From: Candidatus Latescibacterota bacterium
Lineage (GTDB): Bacteria; Latescibacterota; UBA2968
Assembly: GCA_965116885.1 (NCBI GenBank)
Contig: OZ220741.1
Coordinates: 2,752,001-2,816,000 of the forward strand
DNA length: 64,000 nt
Direction of reading: 5' to 3'
Shown: positions 30,471 through 39,998 of the stretch, piece by piece
Numbering within the stretch: the first letter of the stretch is position 1
Layout of the letters: each line of letters starts with the position of its first letter
Position numbers and translations under genes: made by a program
The notes under the pieces: generated by a model
The model's database searches: none
What the model was told of the DNA's origin: nothing
Seen by the model: only the letters and a program-made list of their open reading frames with translations

Positions 30471-30826
30471 GTTTCGCGCCTCACTTCAACTTCAACGCCA
30501 TCGAAATTGACGGGAACCGGTGGATTGGGTTTGCGCACTCGCACGAGAAGTTTTGTCAGTCCCAATTCCGACTGCAAAACGTCAGCAATGCGGTCTGCCA
30601 GGGCTTCGACAAGGCCGAATCGCTCGCCTATCACCACTTGCTCGACTATTTTACAGACGCGCGGATAATCTACGGCCTGAGGTGTATTATTGCGTGCAAA
30701 TCCTCTGAAATCGCCATAGATTTCTACGTCAACTTCAAATTTTTGACCGAGTTTGGCCTCTTCTTCAAACAGGCCATGGTAGCCGTAAAAAGCCATATTT
30801 TTTATTCTCAGTACGTCTTTTGTCAT
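30467..30826 (-). CDS. folB: Dihydroneopterin aldolase
   Basis: FYGYHG, GQKFEVD, VDY, LVEALA, RKPNPP; start trimmed to MTKDV. Confidence 0.95.
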   Translation of the reverse strand: MTKDVLRIKNMAFYGYHGLFEEEAKLGQKFEVDVEIYGDFRGFARNNTPQAVDYPRVCKIVEQVVIGERFGLVEALADRIADVLQSELGLTKLLVRVRKPNPPVPVNFDGVEVEVRRET

Positions 30827-30852
30827 GGTGCTAATATTTACAATTCCATTTG

Positions 30853-31830
30853 TTAAGTCAAGGAGTTTGCTGTAAATGGCAAGTTGACTACTTCGGCCTC
30901 TGATCCGTCGTCCAAAATTACGCGTTGTCCTGCCTCGTGATAGCCCCGGCGGATGATGGCAAGGGCGATCACGCGATTGAGGCGGAGCGATTTTACGCAT
31001 GTGGTTACTCGTCCGACGATTTTATCGTTGACTGTGATATTGCCACAAACAGGCGTGTTGCCGATTAGGCCCGTTAGATAGCGGCGGGGGCGTCCTCGAA
31101 AGTGCATTTTGGCGATTACTTCTTGCCCAATGTAGCAGCCCTTGTCAAAATCGACTGCGTGATTTAAACCAGCTTCGAGGGGCACGACTGACTCATCGAT
31201 TTCAGTGCCATAACGGGGAATACCGGCTTCGACCCGCAATATTTCTTCTACTTGCCATTCGATTGGCGTTCCTCCCGCTGTAACGAGTGCCTGTTGCAAT
31301 GAGTCGTTTTGGGCAATGCGGAGATCTATGCCCGGTTCGCCCGTGTATGACCGCGCTGTGACCCAAATTGGGGTGCCGTCAAATTCGCGTACAACCGTGT
31401 GGTGTTCGGGGAGGTCAGCAGGTACGCGCCCAACAACCCGACCGACCAACTCATAGGCCGCGGGGCCCTGTACCCCAAAAATGGACCAGGCGTCGGATTC
31501 GTCCGATAGCGCGACATCATCGGCGATCAGATAGCGGTCCAGAGTTTCAATTAACTTTGTCGCAAGTCCCGGTTCTGTTTCCATATAGATACAATCTTGT
31601 AGGCGATGGACCCAAATATCTAATAGCGTTTGTCCTCTCGCCGATGTGACTGCGGCATAATTGCCTTCATTTTCGGCGAGGGATTCAACGGTATTGGTCA
31701 CCATGCCGTGCAAAAATCTCAGACAATCTGCGCCTTCTGCACGCACTTTGCCCCGCTTACTGCGGTTGAATACGCCCGCGTTTTCTCGAACGGCACGGTA
31801 CTGTGTTTCCATATCTAGATGTGATGACAT
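30853..31830 (-). CDS. Folate-binding YgfZ/GcvT-family protein
   Basis: KGCYIGQE signature. Confidence 0.92.
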   Translation of the reverse strand: MSSHLDMETQYRAVRENAGVFNRSKRGKVRAEGADCLRFLHGMVTNTVESLAENEGNYAAVTSARGQTLLDIWVHRLQDCIYMETEPGLATKLIETLDRYLIADDVALSDESDAWSIFGVQGPAAYELVGRVVGRVPADLPEHHTVVREFDGTPIWVTARSYTGEPGIDLRIAQNDSLQQALVTAGGTPIEWQVEEILRVEAGIPRYGTEIDESVVPLEAGLNHAVDFDKGCYIGQEVIAKMHFRGRPRRYLTGLIGNTPVCGNITVNDKIVGRVTTCVKSLRLNRVIALAIIRRGYHEAGQRVILDDGSEAEVVNLPFTANSLT

Positions 31831-31846
31831 ATACTCTATCCTCCTA

Positions 31847-31875
31847 TTGCCTAATCAGGGTAATATCTATATACT
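31847..31875 (+). promoter_or_regulatory. Sigma70-type promoter for qor, overlapping the divergent YgfZ-family promoter region
   Basis: TTGCCT-17bp-TATACT. Confidence 0.6.
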
Positions 31876-31929
31876 TTGAAAACGCCGTTTTTGTCAAAGG
31901 ATTCTTATTCTCATCAAAAGGAGATTCAG

Positions 31930-32898
31930 GTGAAAGCTATTCGCATATCGCAATACGGTGGTGCAGAAGTTTTGAGTTTTGAAGATATTGATGTAGCAGA
32001 TCCAGGCGAGGGACAGGTGCGAATTACCATAGAAGCCGCGGGTGTCAATTTTATCGACACCTATCACCGCACGGGCCTTTATCCTCTGAATTTGCCGTTG
32101 ACGCTGGGCCTGGAAGGTGCCGGTATTGTGAATGCGGTGGGTGCAGGGGTTTCGGATTTGACTGAGGGCGACCGCGTGGCCTGGAAAAGTGTGGAGGGTT
32201 CTTATGCGGAGCAAGTTGTCGCAGACGCAGCCGAGGTGGTCAAAATTCCCTCAGATGTCGCCACCAAAACCGCAGCTGCGGTGATGTTGCAAGGGCTGAC
32301 CGCGCATTATTTGGTCAATAGTACCTATCCGGTTCGAGAAGGCGACACCTGCCTTATCCACGCAGCGGCAGGGGGTGTTGGCCTTTTGCTCGTACAGATG
32401 GCAAAAATGCGCGGGGCACGGGTTATTGGCACTACATCTACCGAAGAAAAAGCGGCTCTGGCACGGGGTGCTGGTGCCGATGATATTGTTCTTTATACCG
32501 AACGGGATTTCGAGACCGAAGTTTTGAGTCTCACAGATGGTCAGGGCGTCGAGGTCGTTTACGATTCCGTTGCCAAAGCCACCTATGAGAAGAGCATCAA
32601 TTGTCTCAAACCGCGCGGTTATATGGTCTTTTTTGGCAATGCCAGCGGGCCGGTTCCGCCAATTGATCCCCTGCTTCTGTCGCAAAAAGGGTCTATTTAT
32701 CTCACGCGTCCGACGCTCAATAGCTACACGCAGACCCGCGAAGAATATCTCCAGCGTACCCGCGAGGTTATGGGCTGGATTCAAGACGGCGAACTGGATG
32801 TGCGTATTGGCGAAGAGCATCCTCTTGAAAATACGGCTGAAGCACATAACCGCCTCGAAGGTCGGCAGACTACGGGGAAAGTGCTGTTGATTCCGTAG
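31930..32898 (+). CDS. qor: NADPH:quinone oxidoreductase (zeta-crystallin)
   Basis: GVNFIDTY, HAAAGGVG, GNASG, TTGKVLL; GTG start behind AGGAG. Confidence 0.92.
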   Translation: MKAIRISQYGGAEVLSFEDIDVADPGEGQVRITIEAAGVNFIDTYHRTGLYPLNLPLTLGLEGAGIVNAVGAGVSDLTEGDRVAWKSVEGSYAEQVVADAAEVVKIPSDVATKTAAAVMLQGLTAHYLVNSTYPVREGDTCLIHAAAGGVGLLLVQMAKMRGARVIGTTSTEEKAALARGAGADDIVLYTERDFETEVLSLTDGQGVEVVYDSVAKATYEKSINCLKPRGYMVFFGNASGPVPPIDPLLLSQKGSIYLTRPTLNSYTQTREEYLQRTREVMGWIQDGELDVRIGEEHPLENTAEAHNRLEGRQTTGKVLLIP

Positions 32899-32902
32899 GC
32901 AC

Positions 32903-33385
32903 ATGCGTATCGAGAACCACACCACGCTGATATTGCTCGTGAGGGGTGATCCTATAACCCATGTTTTGCTCGGTTATAAAAAACGCGGATTTGGCGCGGG
33001 GAAATACACGGGTATTGGCGGGAAAATCGAGCCGGGCGAAACGGTGCGTGCAGCCGCTGTGCGCGAAATGCGTGAAGAAACAGGTGTTGAGATGTCGCCT
33101 CGGGACCTGGTAGATGCCGGGCATGTGGCGTTTTATTTTCCCGCCCGTCCCAAATGGAGTCTCACGACCCGCATTTTTATTGGGCGCAGGTGGAAAGGTG
33201 AGCCGACGGAAACAGGGGAGATACGCCCTGTGTGGTTTGAAATTGATCACCTGCCTTTTGATATGATGTGGGATGATGCTGCCTATTGGTATCCCTATGT
33301 GTTGGAGAATAAGTGCGTCAGGGCGACATTTACATTTTCTACTGACTGCAAAACCGTCGCGGCCAGCCAGATTGAGATGTGGTAG
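32903..33385 (+). CDS. NUDIX hydrolase, MTH1/8-oxo-dGTPase-like
   Basis: KKRGFGAG, GGKIEPGE..AAVREMREETG, MWDDA. Confidence 0.9.
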   Translation: MRIENHTTLILLVRGDPITHVLLGYKKRGFGAGKYTGIGGKIEPGETVRAAAVREMREETGVEMSPRDLVDAGHVAFYFPARPKWSLTTRIFIGRRWKGEPTETGEIRPVWFEIDHLPFDMMWDDAAYWYPYVLENKCVRATFTFSTDCKTVAASQIEMW

Positions 33386-33400
33386 CTGTGTGTTTTTTTC

Positions 33401-33430
33401 TTGACTCTTGTGGTAAAATCACTATATAGT
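33401..33430 (+). promoter_or_regulatory. Sigma70-type promoter for the sigma factor gene
   Basis: TTGACT-18bp-TATAGT. Confidence 0.55.
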
Positions 33431-33484
33431 CAGAACATTTAATAAATCAAACTTAATAACCCCTTTATTTTTTCTTTTAATGAG

Positions 33485-34345
33485 GTGATTGCTTTGCCTA
33501 CATCAGCCAAAGGTGTCCCCAAAGATGCACTGCACCACTACCTCGAAGATGTAGCTTCGTCTCAACCTCTGTCTTCCGCAGAGGAAGTTGAACTCGCTGT
33601 TCGCATTCGCGAGGGCGATCAGAAAGCGCGAGCAAAACTCATTGAAGCCAATCTGCGCTTTGTGATCACTGTGGCCTACGAATATCAAAATCAGGGCGTA
33701 CCGCTCGTGGATCTCATCAGCGCGGGAAACGTCGGTTTGATCACAGCGGCAGAGCGTTTTGACGAGACGAGAGGGTTTAAGTTTATCTCTTATGCTGTTT
33801 GGTGGATTCGCCAATCTATTTTACAAACTCTGGCGGAACACGCCAGGGTCGTGCGTCTTCCACTAAATCGCGTGGAATTGCTCAGACGTATATCTCGCTG
33901 TAAAAACAACCAGAAGCAAGAGCCTTCGACGCGCACTGCCGAAGAAGAAATTGCCGAAGAATTGGATATTCCGGTGGAGCAGGTTACGGATATTCTCACG
34001 AGTGGGCAGCGCACCTTGTCTCTCGATACGTCTCTTGGCGATGGGGAAAATAGCCTTCTTGAAATGATGCCCGATAACTCACAAGAGCCGCCTGATGCAA
34101 TGACGCTGCGAAATACCCTGAAAGATGAAATCTCAAGAGCTTTGAGCACCCTTGATGAACGCGAGCAAAAAGTTATCCGACTCTATTTTGGATTGGGCGG
34201 CGGCACGGAGATGACACTCGAAGAAATTGGCAAGCAATTTCGTCTGACGCGCGAACGAATTCGGCAAATTAAGGAAAAAGCACTTCGAAAGTTGCGCCAC
34301 CCCACGCGCGGGCGAAAGCTGATGCCCTATGCCGAAGATACGTGA
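33485..34345 (+). CDS. RNA polymerase sigma factor, RpoD/SigA family (short, no region 1.1)
   Basis: ANLRFV, FDETRGFKFISYAVWWIRQSI, TRERIRQIKEKALRKLR. Confidence 0.94.
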   Translation: MIALPTSAKGVPKDALHHYLEDVASSQPLSSAEEVELAVRIREGDQKARAKLIEANLRFVITVAYEYQNQGVPLVDLISAGNVGLITAAERFDETRGFKFISYAVWWIRQSILQTLAEHARVVRLPLNRVELLRRISRCKNNQKQEPSTRTAEEEIAEELDIPVEQVTDILTSGQRTLSLDTSLGDGENSLLEMMPDNSQEPPDAMTLRNTLKDEISRALSTLDEREQKVIRLYFGLGGGTEMTLEEIGKQFRLTRERIRQIKEKALRKLRHPTRGRKLMPYAEDT

Positions 34346-34357
34346 AAAAAACAAAAG

Positions 34358-34443
34358 CGAATAGACGAATAGACGAATCCCGCCCAACCCCCCAACTGCT
34401 ATAGTAGATTCGCTGATTCGTAGATTCGTAGATTCGCCTATTG
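34358..34443. repeat. Inverted pair of octamer tandem arrays between convergent genes
   Basis: CGAATAGA x2.6 followed by AGATTCG(C/T) x4 (imperfect); cores CGAAT and ATTCG are complementary. Confidence 0.75.
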
Positions 34444-34447
34444 TGAG

Positions 34448-35824
34448 CTATCCAGATTTAGCGGGGTTTGCATTTCGTTGCAATTTTTCCACCCATTCTC
34501 GAAACCGCTCACCGCGCTCTTCAAAATTGCCAAACTGGTCGTAACTCGCCGATGCTGGCGATAGCAATACCACATCGCCAGCTTGTGCAAGGCCTGTCGC
34601 GCACCCCATCGCTTCTTCCAAATTTTCTACGCGGTGAATATTGGTTTTTCCTTTTGCTGTTGCCGCAATTGCTTCCCCGGTTTCGCCCATCACAATCAGA
34701 TGTGCGACTTTTTCCGCTATCGCTATCCCCATAGTGTCAAATGCAATGCCTTTATCGTAGCCGCCTGCGATCAGCACGATTGGCCTGTCAAATGCCATGA
34801 GCGCTGTTCGCGTGCGATCGGGACTCGTGGCTATTGAATCGTTCACATAGAGCACGCCGTTCACTTCTGCCACCTGCTCCAATCTGTGCGGTACTCCCTG
34901 AAATGTCTGCAATACTTCGGCGATATTTTTTTCAGATACGCCGCTTATGACCGCTGCACCCGTGGCTGCCAACGCGTTGGCGAGGTTGTGCTGACCGCGC
35001 AAGGATACGGTATCTACAGAACAGACGGTTCGCGCTTCGCCTCCGATTGCGTGTTGTATTTTTCCCCCGCGGACAAATACATCTCCTTTGCCTTCAGCGG
35101 CAAATACCACCCGCTGTCCCGCGCCCGTCCAACGGGATACTTCGGCATCTTCTCCGTTGACAATCGTCCAGTCGTTTTTTGTTTGGTGCATGACGATTTG
35201 TTGCTTGGCTTTTCGGTACGCTTTTAGAGATCCGTGAATGTCGATGTGATTTGGCGCGAAATTGGTTATGACAGCTATGTGGGGGCTCCAGGGCAGATCT
35301 CCCAATCGGTCGAGTTGAAAGCTCGATAATTCCAATACGACGGGTACATCGGCTTGTAGCCTGTCCAACTCATCGAGTAGCGATCCCCCGATATTGCCAC
35401 CGATTCGCGTGCGTTTGTCCTTTCGCTTGAGCATTTCTCCTGTGAGCGAGGTTGTCGTCGTTTTGCCACTGCTGCCCGTTACACCGATTATGGGCGCGGG
35501 ACAGCGTTCGACAAATAGACAGATTTCCGATGTGATGGGCACGCCCACAGATTCTGCGATTTTCAAGTATCGCGATGACCGGGGCACCGCGGGGTTGGCG
35601 ACAATTAAATCTGCGTTCTGGAAATCCGTTTCTTCGTGCTGACCCAGCTTAAAGGCGATGGGTAATCCATTCAGGGCACTTACCGAAGCGCGCAGGTCTT
35701 TTTCAGGGCGCAAGTCCGTCACTGTCACCACCGCGCCTTCGCGTACCAGAAAACGCACTGCTCCCACGCCCCCGCCAAATAATCCCAATCCCATTACTGT
35801 GACGCGCTGGCCTTTTAAGTTCAC
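34448..35824 (-). CDS. murD: UDP-N-acetylmuramoyl-L-alanine--D-glutamate ligase
   Basis: GLGLFGGG, GVTGSSGKTTT, LELSSFQL, VNDSIAT, LLSPASASYDQF; GTG start 35824 behind GGAG. Confidence 0.95.
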   Translation of the reverse strand: MNLKGQRVTVMGLGLFGGGVGAVRFLVREGAVVTVTDLRPEKDLRASVSALNGLPIAFKLGQHEETDFQNADLIVANPAVPRSSRYLKIAESVGVPITSEICLFVERCPAPIIGVTGSSGKTTTTSLTGEMLKRKDKRTRIGGNIGGSLLDELDRLQADVPVVLELSSFQLDRLGDLPWSPHIAVITNFAPNHIDIHGSLKAYRKAKQQIVMHQTKNDWTIVNGEDAEVSRWTGAGQRVVFAAEGKGDVFVRGGKIQHAIGGEARTVCSVDTVSLRGQHNLANALAATGAAVISGVSEKNIAEVLQTFQGVPHRLEQVAEVNGVLYVNDSIATSPDRTRTALMAFDRPIVLIAGGYDKGIAFDTMGIAIAEKVAHLIVMGETGEAIAATAKGKTNIHRVENLEEAMGCATGLAQAGDVVLLSPASASYDQFGNFEERGERFREWVEKLQRNANPAKSG

Positions 35825-35844
35825 GGGAAATCTCCAGGTGAGGG

Positions 35845-36831
35845 CTATTCCTCTAACAATTGATCGATGAGATCGACCGGGGTGATGCCTTCGGCTTCGG
35901 CGTTGAAATTTGTGACGAGGCGATGGCGCAATACGGGTTTGGCGACAAAAGATACGTCGTCTATAGAGGGTGCAAAGCGTCCGCTGAGTACGGCGCGTGC
36001 TTTGGCACCCAGGATGAGGCATTGGGAGGCGCGCGGGCCGGCGCCCCATCTGAGCATGTTGCCGATGGATGTGTCTGCATTTTGAGGGCGGGTTTTGCGG
36101 ACGAGATCTACTGCGTGATCTACGATGTGATCGGCGACTGGGACTTTGCGGATGAGTTGCTGGAGGTTGCGAATTTGTTCGGCGTTGATTACGGGCTGCA
36201 CATCGTGGGTTTGGGCACCTGTGGTGGCTTTGACAATGGCGCGTTCTTCTTCCTGGGTGGGATAATCGATCCACAGGTTAAATATGAAGCGGTCGAGTTG
36301 GGCTTCGGGCAGGGGATAGGTGCCTTCCTGTTCGATGGGATTTTGGGTGGCTAAGACAAAGAAGGGTTCTTCGAGGCGAAAGGTTCCTCCCCCTGCGGTG
36401 ACTTCGTGTTCTTGCATGGCCTGCAATAAGGCGGCCTGGGTTTTGGGGGGGGTGCGGTTGATTTCGTCTGCCAGGATGATGTTGGCAAATAAGGGACCTT
36501 TGACAAAGCGAAATGCTTTGTGTCCGGTGGTTTGGTCTTCTTCGAGGAGTTCTGTGCCCGTGATATCTGAAGGCATGAGGTCGGGGGTAAATTGGATGCG
36601 GCTGAAAGACAAGTCGAGGGCACGCGCGAGGGTGCTGATGAGGAGTGTTTTGGCCAGGCCGGGCACGCCGACGAGCAAACAATGGCCCCCGCAGAGGAGG
36701 GCGATGAGTAGTTGATCGACGATTTCCCGCTGGCCAATAATGACTTTGCCAATTTCGGCGACGATCTGGTCATACGCGGTTTTTAATTGTTCAACGGCCT
36801 GGAGGTCTTCATGGGGTGATGCTTCGGACAT
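35845..36831 (-). CDS. MoxR family AAA+ ATPase
   Basis: GVPGLAKT, RIQFTPDLMPSD, ADEINRTPPKTQ, TQNPIEQEGTYPLPEAQLDRF. Confidence 0.96.
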   Translation of the reverse strand: MSEASPHEDLQAVEQLKTAYDQIVAEIGKVIIGQREIVDQLLIALLCGGHCLLVGVPGLAKTLLISTLARALDLSFSRIQFTPDLMPSDITGTELLEEDQTTGHKAFRFVKGPLFANIILADEINRTPPKTQAALLQAMQEHEVTAGGGTFRLEEPFFVLATQNPIEQEGTYPLPEAQLDRFIFNLWIDYPTQEEERAIVKATTGAQTHDVQPVINAEQIRNLQQLIRKVPVADHIVDHAVDLVRKTRPQNADTSIGNMLRWGAGPRASQCLILGAKARAVLSGRFAPSIDDVSFVAKPVLRHRLVTNFNAEAEGITPVDLIDQLLEE

Positions 36832-36843
36832 GTTGTTCCTTTC

Positions 36844-38169
36844 TTATGTTTTGCGTTTTTCTTTTTTTGCCGCCGGGAAGAGAATATTGTTGAGGATGAG
36901 GCGATAGCCAGGCGAATTTTTGTGTAGTGCGAGTTGTGTGGGCGGGTCGTTGACAAAGTGCTGATAGTCTTCCGGGTCGTGTCCCGCATAAAATGTGAAC
37001 GTGCCTTTGCCGATGTTGCCGTGGATGTATTTGACGTGGTCTGTGCCGGGTATGTCGCCCATGATGGTGACGGATTTTTTGATGCGGTTTTTGCGAAAGG
37101 CCGTGGTTTGGCCCAAAAAGCCGGGGACGATGGGCGTGTGGTTCTGCGTGAGCATGGTGGGTACGGGATCGTATTTTGCCGAGAACTCAAATAGTGAAAA
37201 GGCGTCGATATCGGCATTTTTGATCTGGCTCATTTCAATGGGCGACAGGTCGATGTCGGCGTGTTCGTATTCGAGAGGGTCCATGACGAGGTTGAAGTTT
37301 TCAAAGGCTACTGTGCGCGAGAAATCGAGTTTTTGACGCGCCTGTGGGTCTGCGGGATCGCCGTCGTAAACGCTATCGACGATGTCGATTCCGCGCGCGG
37401 CAAGGGCAATGTCAAAGGTATCGGTGGCCGAGCACATGGCAAAGAGAAAGCCGCCCTGTGCGACGTAGTTGTAAATGGCCTGTGCGACCGCGCCTTTGAG
37501 GTGGGAGACTTTGGCAAAGCCCAATTTGCCAGCGAGGGCTTTGAATCCGGCCTGTTGTTGCCGGTACCAGAGGGTGTGGCCGTGGCTGCGATAAAATTTG
37601 CCGTATTGTCCCGTGAAGTCTTCGTGGTGCAGGTGTAGCCAGTCGAAGTTTTCGAGTTTGCCCATGAGGACTTCTTCGTCCCACAAGGTGGTGTAGGGGA
37701 TTTCCGCATATGTGAGCGCCAGTGTGACGGCGTCGTCCCAGGGCTGTTTGTGCGGGGGGGTATAGACCGCGATGCGAGGTGCTTTTTCAAGGCGCATGCG
37801 GTTCATGTTGCCGGATTCAATATCGGCGTAGATGCGCGTGGCCTGCGCGGCTGAGATGGCCTGGAATGAGACGGCGCGTATTCGGGCTTCGCGCGCGATG
37901 GTTTCGTGGTTGTCGATGAGGAAGGATCCGCCGCGGTAGTTGAGCAACCATTCGACGGGATGGCCTTGCTGCAATGCCCAATACGCAATGCCGTAGGCTT
38001 TGAGATGATCTGTTTGCGATACGTCCATGGGGACGAGTATTTTGCCGACGTTCGCGCTTCCACCACCAATCGCCGCTGAGGAGATGGATGGTGTTGTTAG
38101 GATGAGGAGCAAGGCGAAGGTGAGAAGTGTGAAGCGTGTGTGTCTTGCATTTTGCCGTTGTAATATCAT
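36844..38169 (-). CDS. Conserved exported protein, probable class-I GATase-like fold (family commonly labelled 'asparagine synthetase B')
   Basis: Signal peptide; HLKAYG, WLLNYRGGSF, WLHLHHEDFTGQYGKF, FAMCSATD, GHDPED, SPGYRLILNN. Confidence 0.75.
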   Translation of the reverse strand: MILQRQNARHTRFTLLTFALLLILTTPSISSAAIGGGSANVGKILVPMDVSQTDHLKAYGIAYWALQQGHPVEWLLNYRGGSFLIDNHETIAREARIRAVSFQAISAAQATRIYADIESGNMNRMRLEKAPRIAVYTPPHKQPWDDAVTLALTYAEIPYTTLWDEEVLMGKLENFDWLHLHHEDFTGQYGKFYRSHGHTLWYRQQQAGFKALAGKLGFAKVSHLKGAVAQAIYNYVAQGGFLFAMCSATDTFDIALAARGIDIVDSVYDGDPADPQARQKLDFSRTVAFENFNLVMDPLEYEHADIDLSPIEMSQIKNADIDAFSLFEFSAKYDPVPTMLTQNHTPIVPGFLGQTTAFRKNRIKKSVTIMGDIPGTDHVKYIHGNIGKGTFTFYAGHDPEDYQHFVNDPPTQLALHKNSPGYRLILNNILFPAAKKEKRKT

Positions 38170-39998
38170 CCCGCTTCCTTTGTTTTTTCGAGGGTCTGAA
38201 TTTTTTGTCGGAGGCTTCGCAATCGCTCGCGGGCTATGTCGGCTTCGAGGCTTGTGGGATAGTTGACGAGCAGGGTTTCATAGATATTTTGCGCGTCGTA
38301 ATATTGGCCGAGGTATTTGTCGTAGATCGCGCCCTGTGCGATGTATGCGGCGGGGGAAAGCGGGCTTTCGGGTTGTGTGGCGATGAGTTTGCGATATGTT
38401 TGTATAGCTTGTGGATAGCGTTTTTGATCGGTGTAAATTTTTGCCTGATGGTCGAGCAGGCGATCCGCGAGAAAGGATTTCGGATGGGCGTGGTGGAGGG
38501 TTTCAAAAGCGTGCAATGCCCCGTTTTGATCTTTTTGTCGCAGTTTAAGGCAGGCACTGGCATACGCGCTGAGCAGGGTTGCGTCTGCGCGCTGGCCTTC
38601 TTGTAACAGCGCGGATAGGGCGATGGTGTCGTTGATGATGTCGCGGTTGACATCTGTTTTGAGCACGGCGTTGAGCAGGGTTTGTGCCCGGTCGATCTGG
38701 CCCGATAGAAAATGCAATTCGGCGAGGCGAAAGCGGGCTTCGGTAGCTTCGGAGGCGGTCGCTCTTTCGGCGATGATCTGGTGGTAGATGAGCCGCGTCT
38801 TATCTATGCTGTTTGCCTGTAGATGTCCTTCGGCGAGTGCAAATAGTGCCTTGTATCGCCAGGTGCTGCGCCGATGGGTCTGGATCAGGTTTTGAAATGC
38901 TTTTTGAGCACCTGCGGCGTCATTGTGGTGGTCGCGCAAGATGAGGCCCACGAGAAAACGGGCTTCGTCGGCCTCTGCGCGGTTGGGGTAATGGGTGATG
39001 AGGTCGCTGTAGTGGGTTTGTGCATCGGTGGGGCGGTTTGCAAGCTGATATGCTTTGCCCAGGCCCAATTGTGCGCGCGCCAGATGGTCGGGACGGTCTG
39101 CGCGGTCGCATATCGCTCGATAAGCAGCAATGGCGGTTGTGGGATTGTCATTGTCGAGGGAATAGTGTGCAATGCGGAAGAGATAATTCCAGTTGTTGTC
39201 TGTGGGCGCGCTGGGCGAGAGCAAAAGGTCGAGTGTTTGCGCGACAAATCCAGCGGGCAGGGCGTATTCGATGAGCAGGCTGAGATCGGTTTGATCTTTG
39301 GGCGATGAGAGCAGGTCAAAGACCTCGGCGTGCTGGTCGCCGTTTTGGGCCATATCGCGCAGGCGTGCTTCAACGTGTGCGCGATACTGTGGATTTTGTT
39401 GAGTCCAGATCAGGTATTCGCGCACAGCGTCGGGATAATGGGCGCGGCGTTCGGCGACTTCGGCGAGTTCGCGGGCAAAAAGCGTTGTTTTTTTGAGTGC
39501 GGTTCTCGCGCGGCGATAGGTCTGTTCGGCGCGTTTGTCGAGGTTGCGTTTGCGATAGCGGTCGGCAATGACGGCAAAGGGGTGCGTGGTGGTCGCCTTC
39601 TGGAGCAGGGGTTCCCAGAAGGCGGCTGCGGAATCTATTTGGCCCAGTTCAAAGAGGGCGAGGCCCAGCCGGAGCCGCGCGTTATTATCGTTTGGAACAG
39701 ACGATAGGCGTTGGCGCAACAGCGCGGCGACTTCGTCATGCCTGCCCGCCCGCGATAGTGCGGATTCGAGGCGCATGAGAAGGTCGGCGCGATGGGGATG
39801 CTGGATGTAAAGGCCGCGGTAGATGTAGATCGCGCTCGTGAAGTCCTTTTTGGCTTCGAGGGCTATTGCGCGCTGGAGCGCGGCGTTTATTTGCTCAGTA
39901 GATGCAGTGGCAATCCCCGCGGATAAGAGGAGGAGTGCGATACAACTACCTCGTAAAAACCAAATTCTATTTGTCCGTTGTCTTTTTCGCATCTTCAA
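38166..39998 (-). CDS. Exported tetratricopeptide repeat protein
   Basis: Signal-like N-terminus; many TPR helices with YP motifs; start uncertain. Confidence 0.85.
   Translation of the reverse strand: MKMRKRQRTNRIWFLRGSCIALLLLSAGIATASTEQINAALQRAIALEAKKDFTSAIYIYRGLYIQHPHRADLLMRLESALSRAGRHDEVAALLRQRLSSVPNDNNARLRLGLALFELGQIDSAAAFWEPLLQKATTTHPFAVIADRYRKRNLDKRAEQTYRRARTALKKTTLFARELAEVAERRAHYPDAVREYLIWTQQNPQYRAHVEARLRDMAQNGDQHAEVFDLLSSPKDQTDLSLLIEYALPAGFVAQTLDLLLSPSAPTDNNWNYLFRIAHYSLDNDNPTTAIAAYRAICDRADRPDHLARAQLGLGKAYQLANRPTDAQTHYSDLITHYPNRAEADEARFLVGLILRDHHNDAAGAQKAFQNLIQTHRRSTWRYKALFALAEGHLQANSIDKTRLIYHQIIAERATASEATEARFRLAELHFLSGQIDRAQTLLNAVLKTDVNRDIINDTIALSALLQEGQRADATLLSAYASACLKLRQKDQNGALHAFETLHHAHPKSFLADRLLDHQAKIYTDQKRYPQAIQTYRKLIATQPESPLSPAAYIAQGAIYDKYLGQYYDAQNIYETLLVNYPTSLEADIARERLRSLRQKIQTLEKTKEAG

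Noticed and set aside
34448..36274. 608-aa ORF suggesting an N-terminally extended MurD
   Set aside because: The extension is an alternative frame over moxR with low-complexity R/P/H content; MurD similarity begins at GTG 35824 with its own RBS
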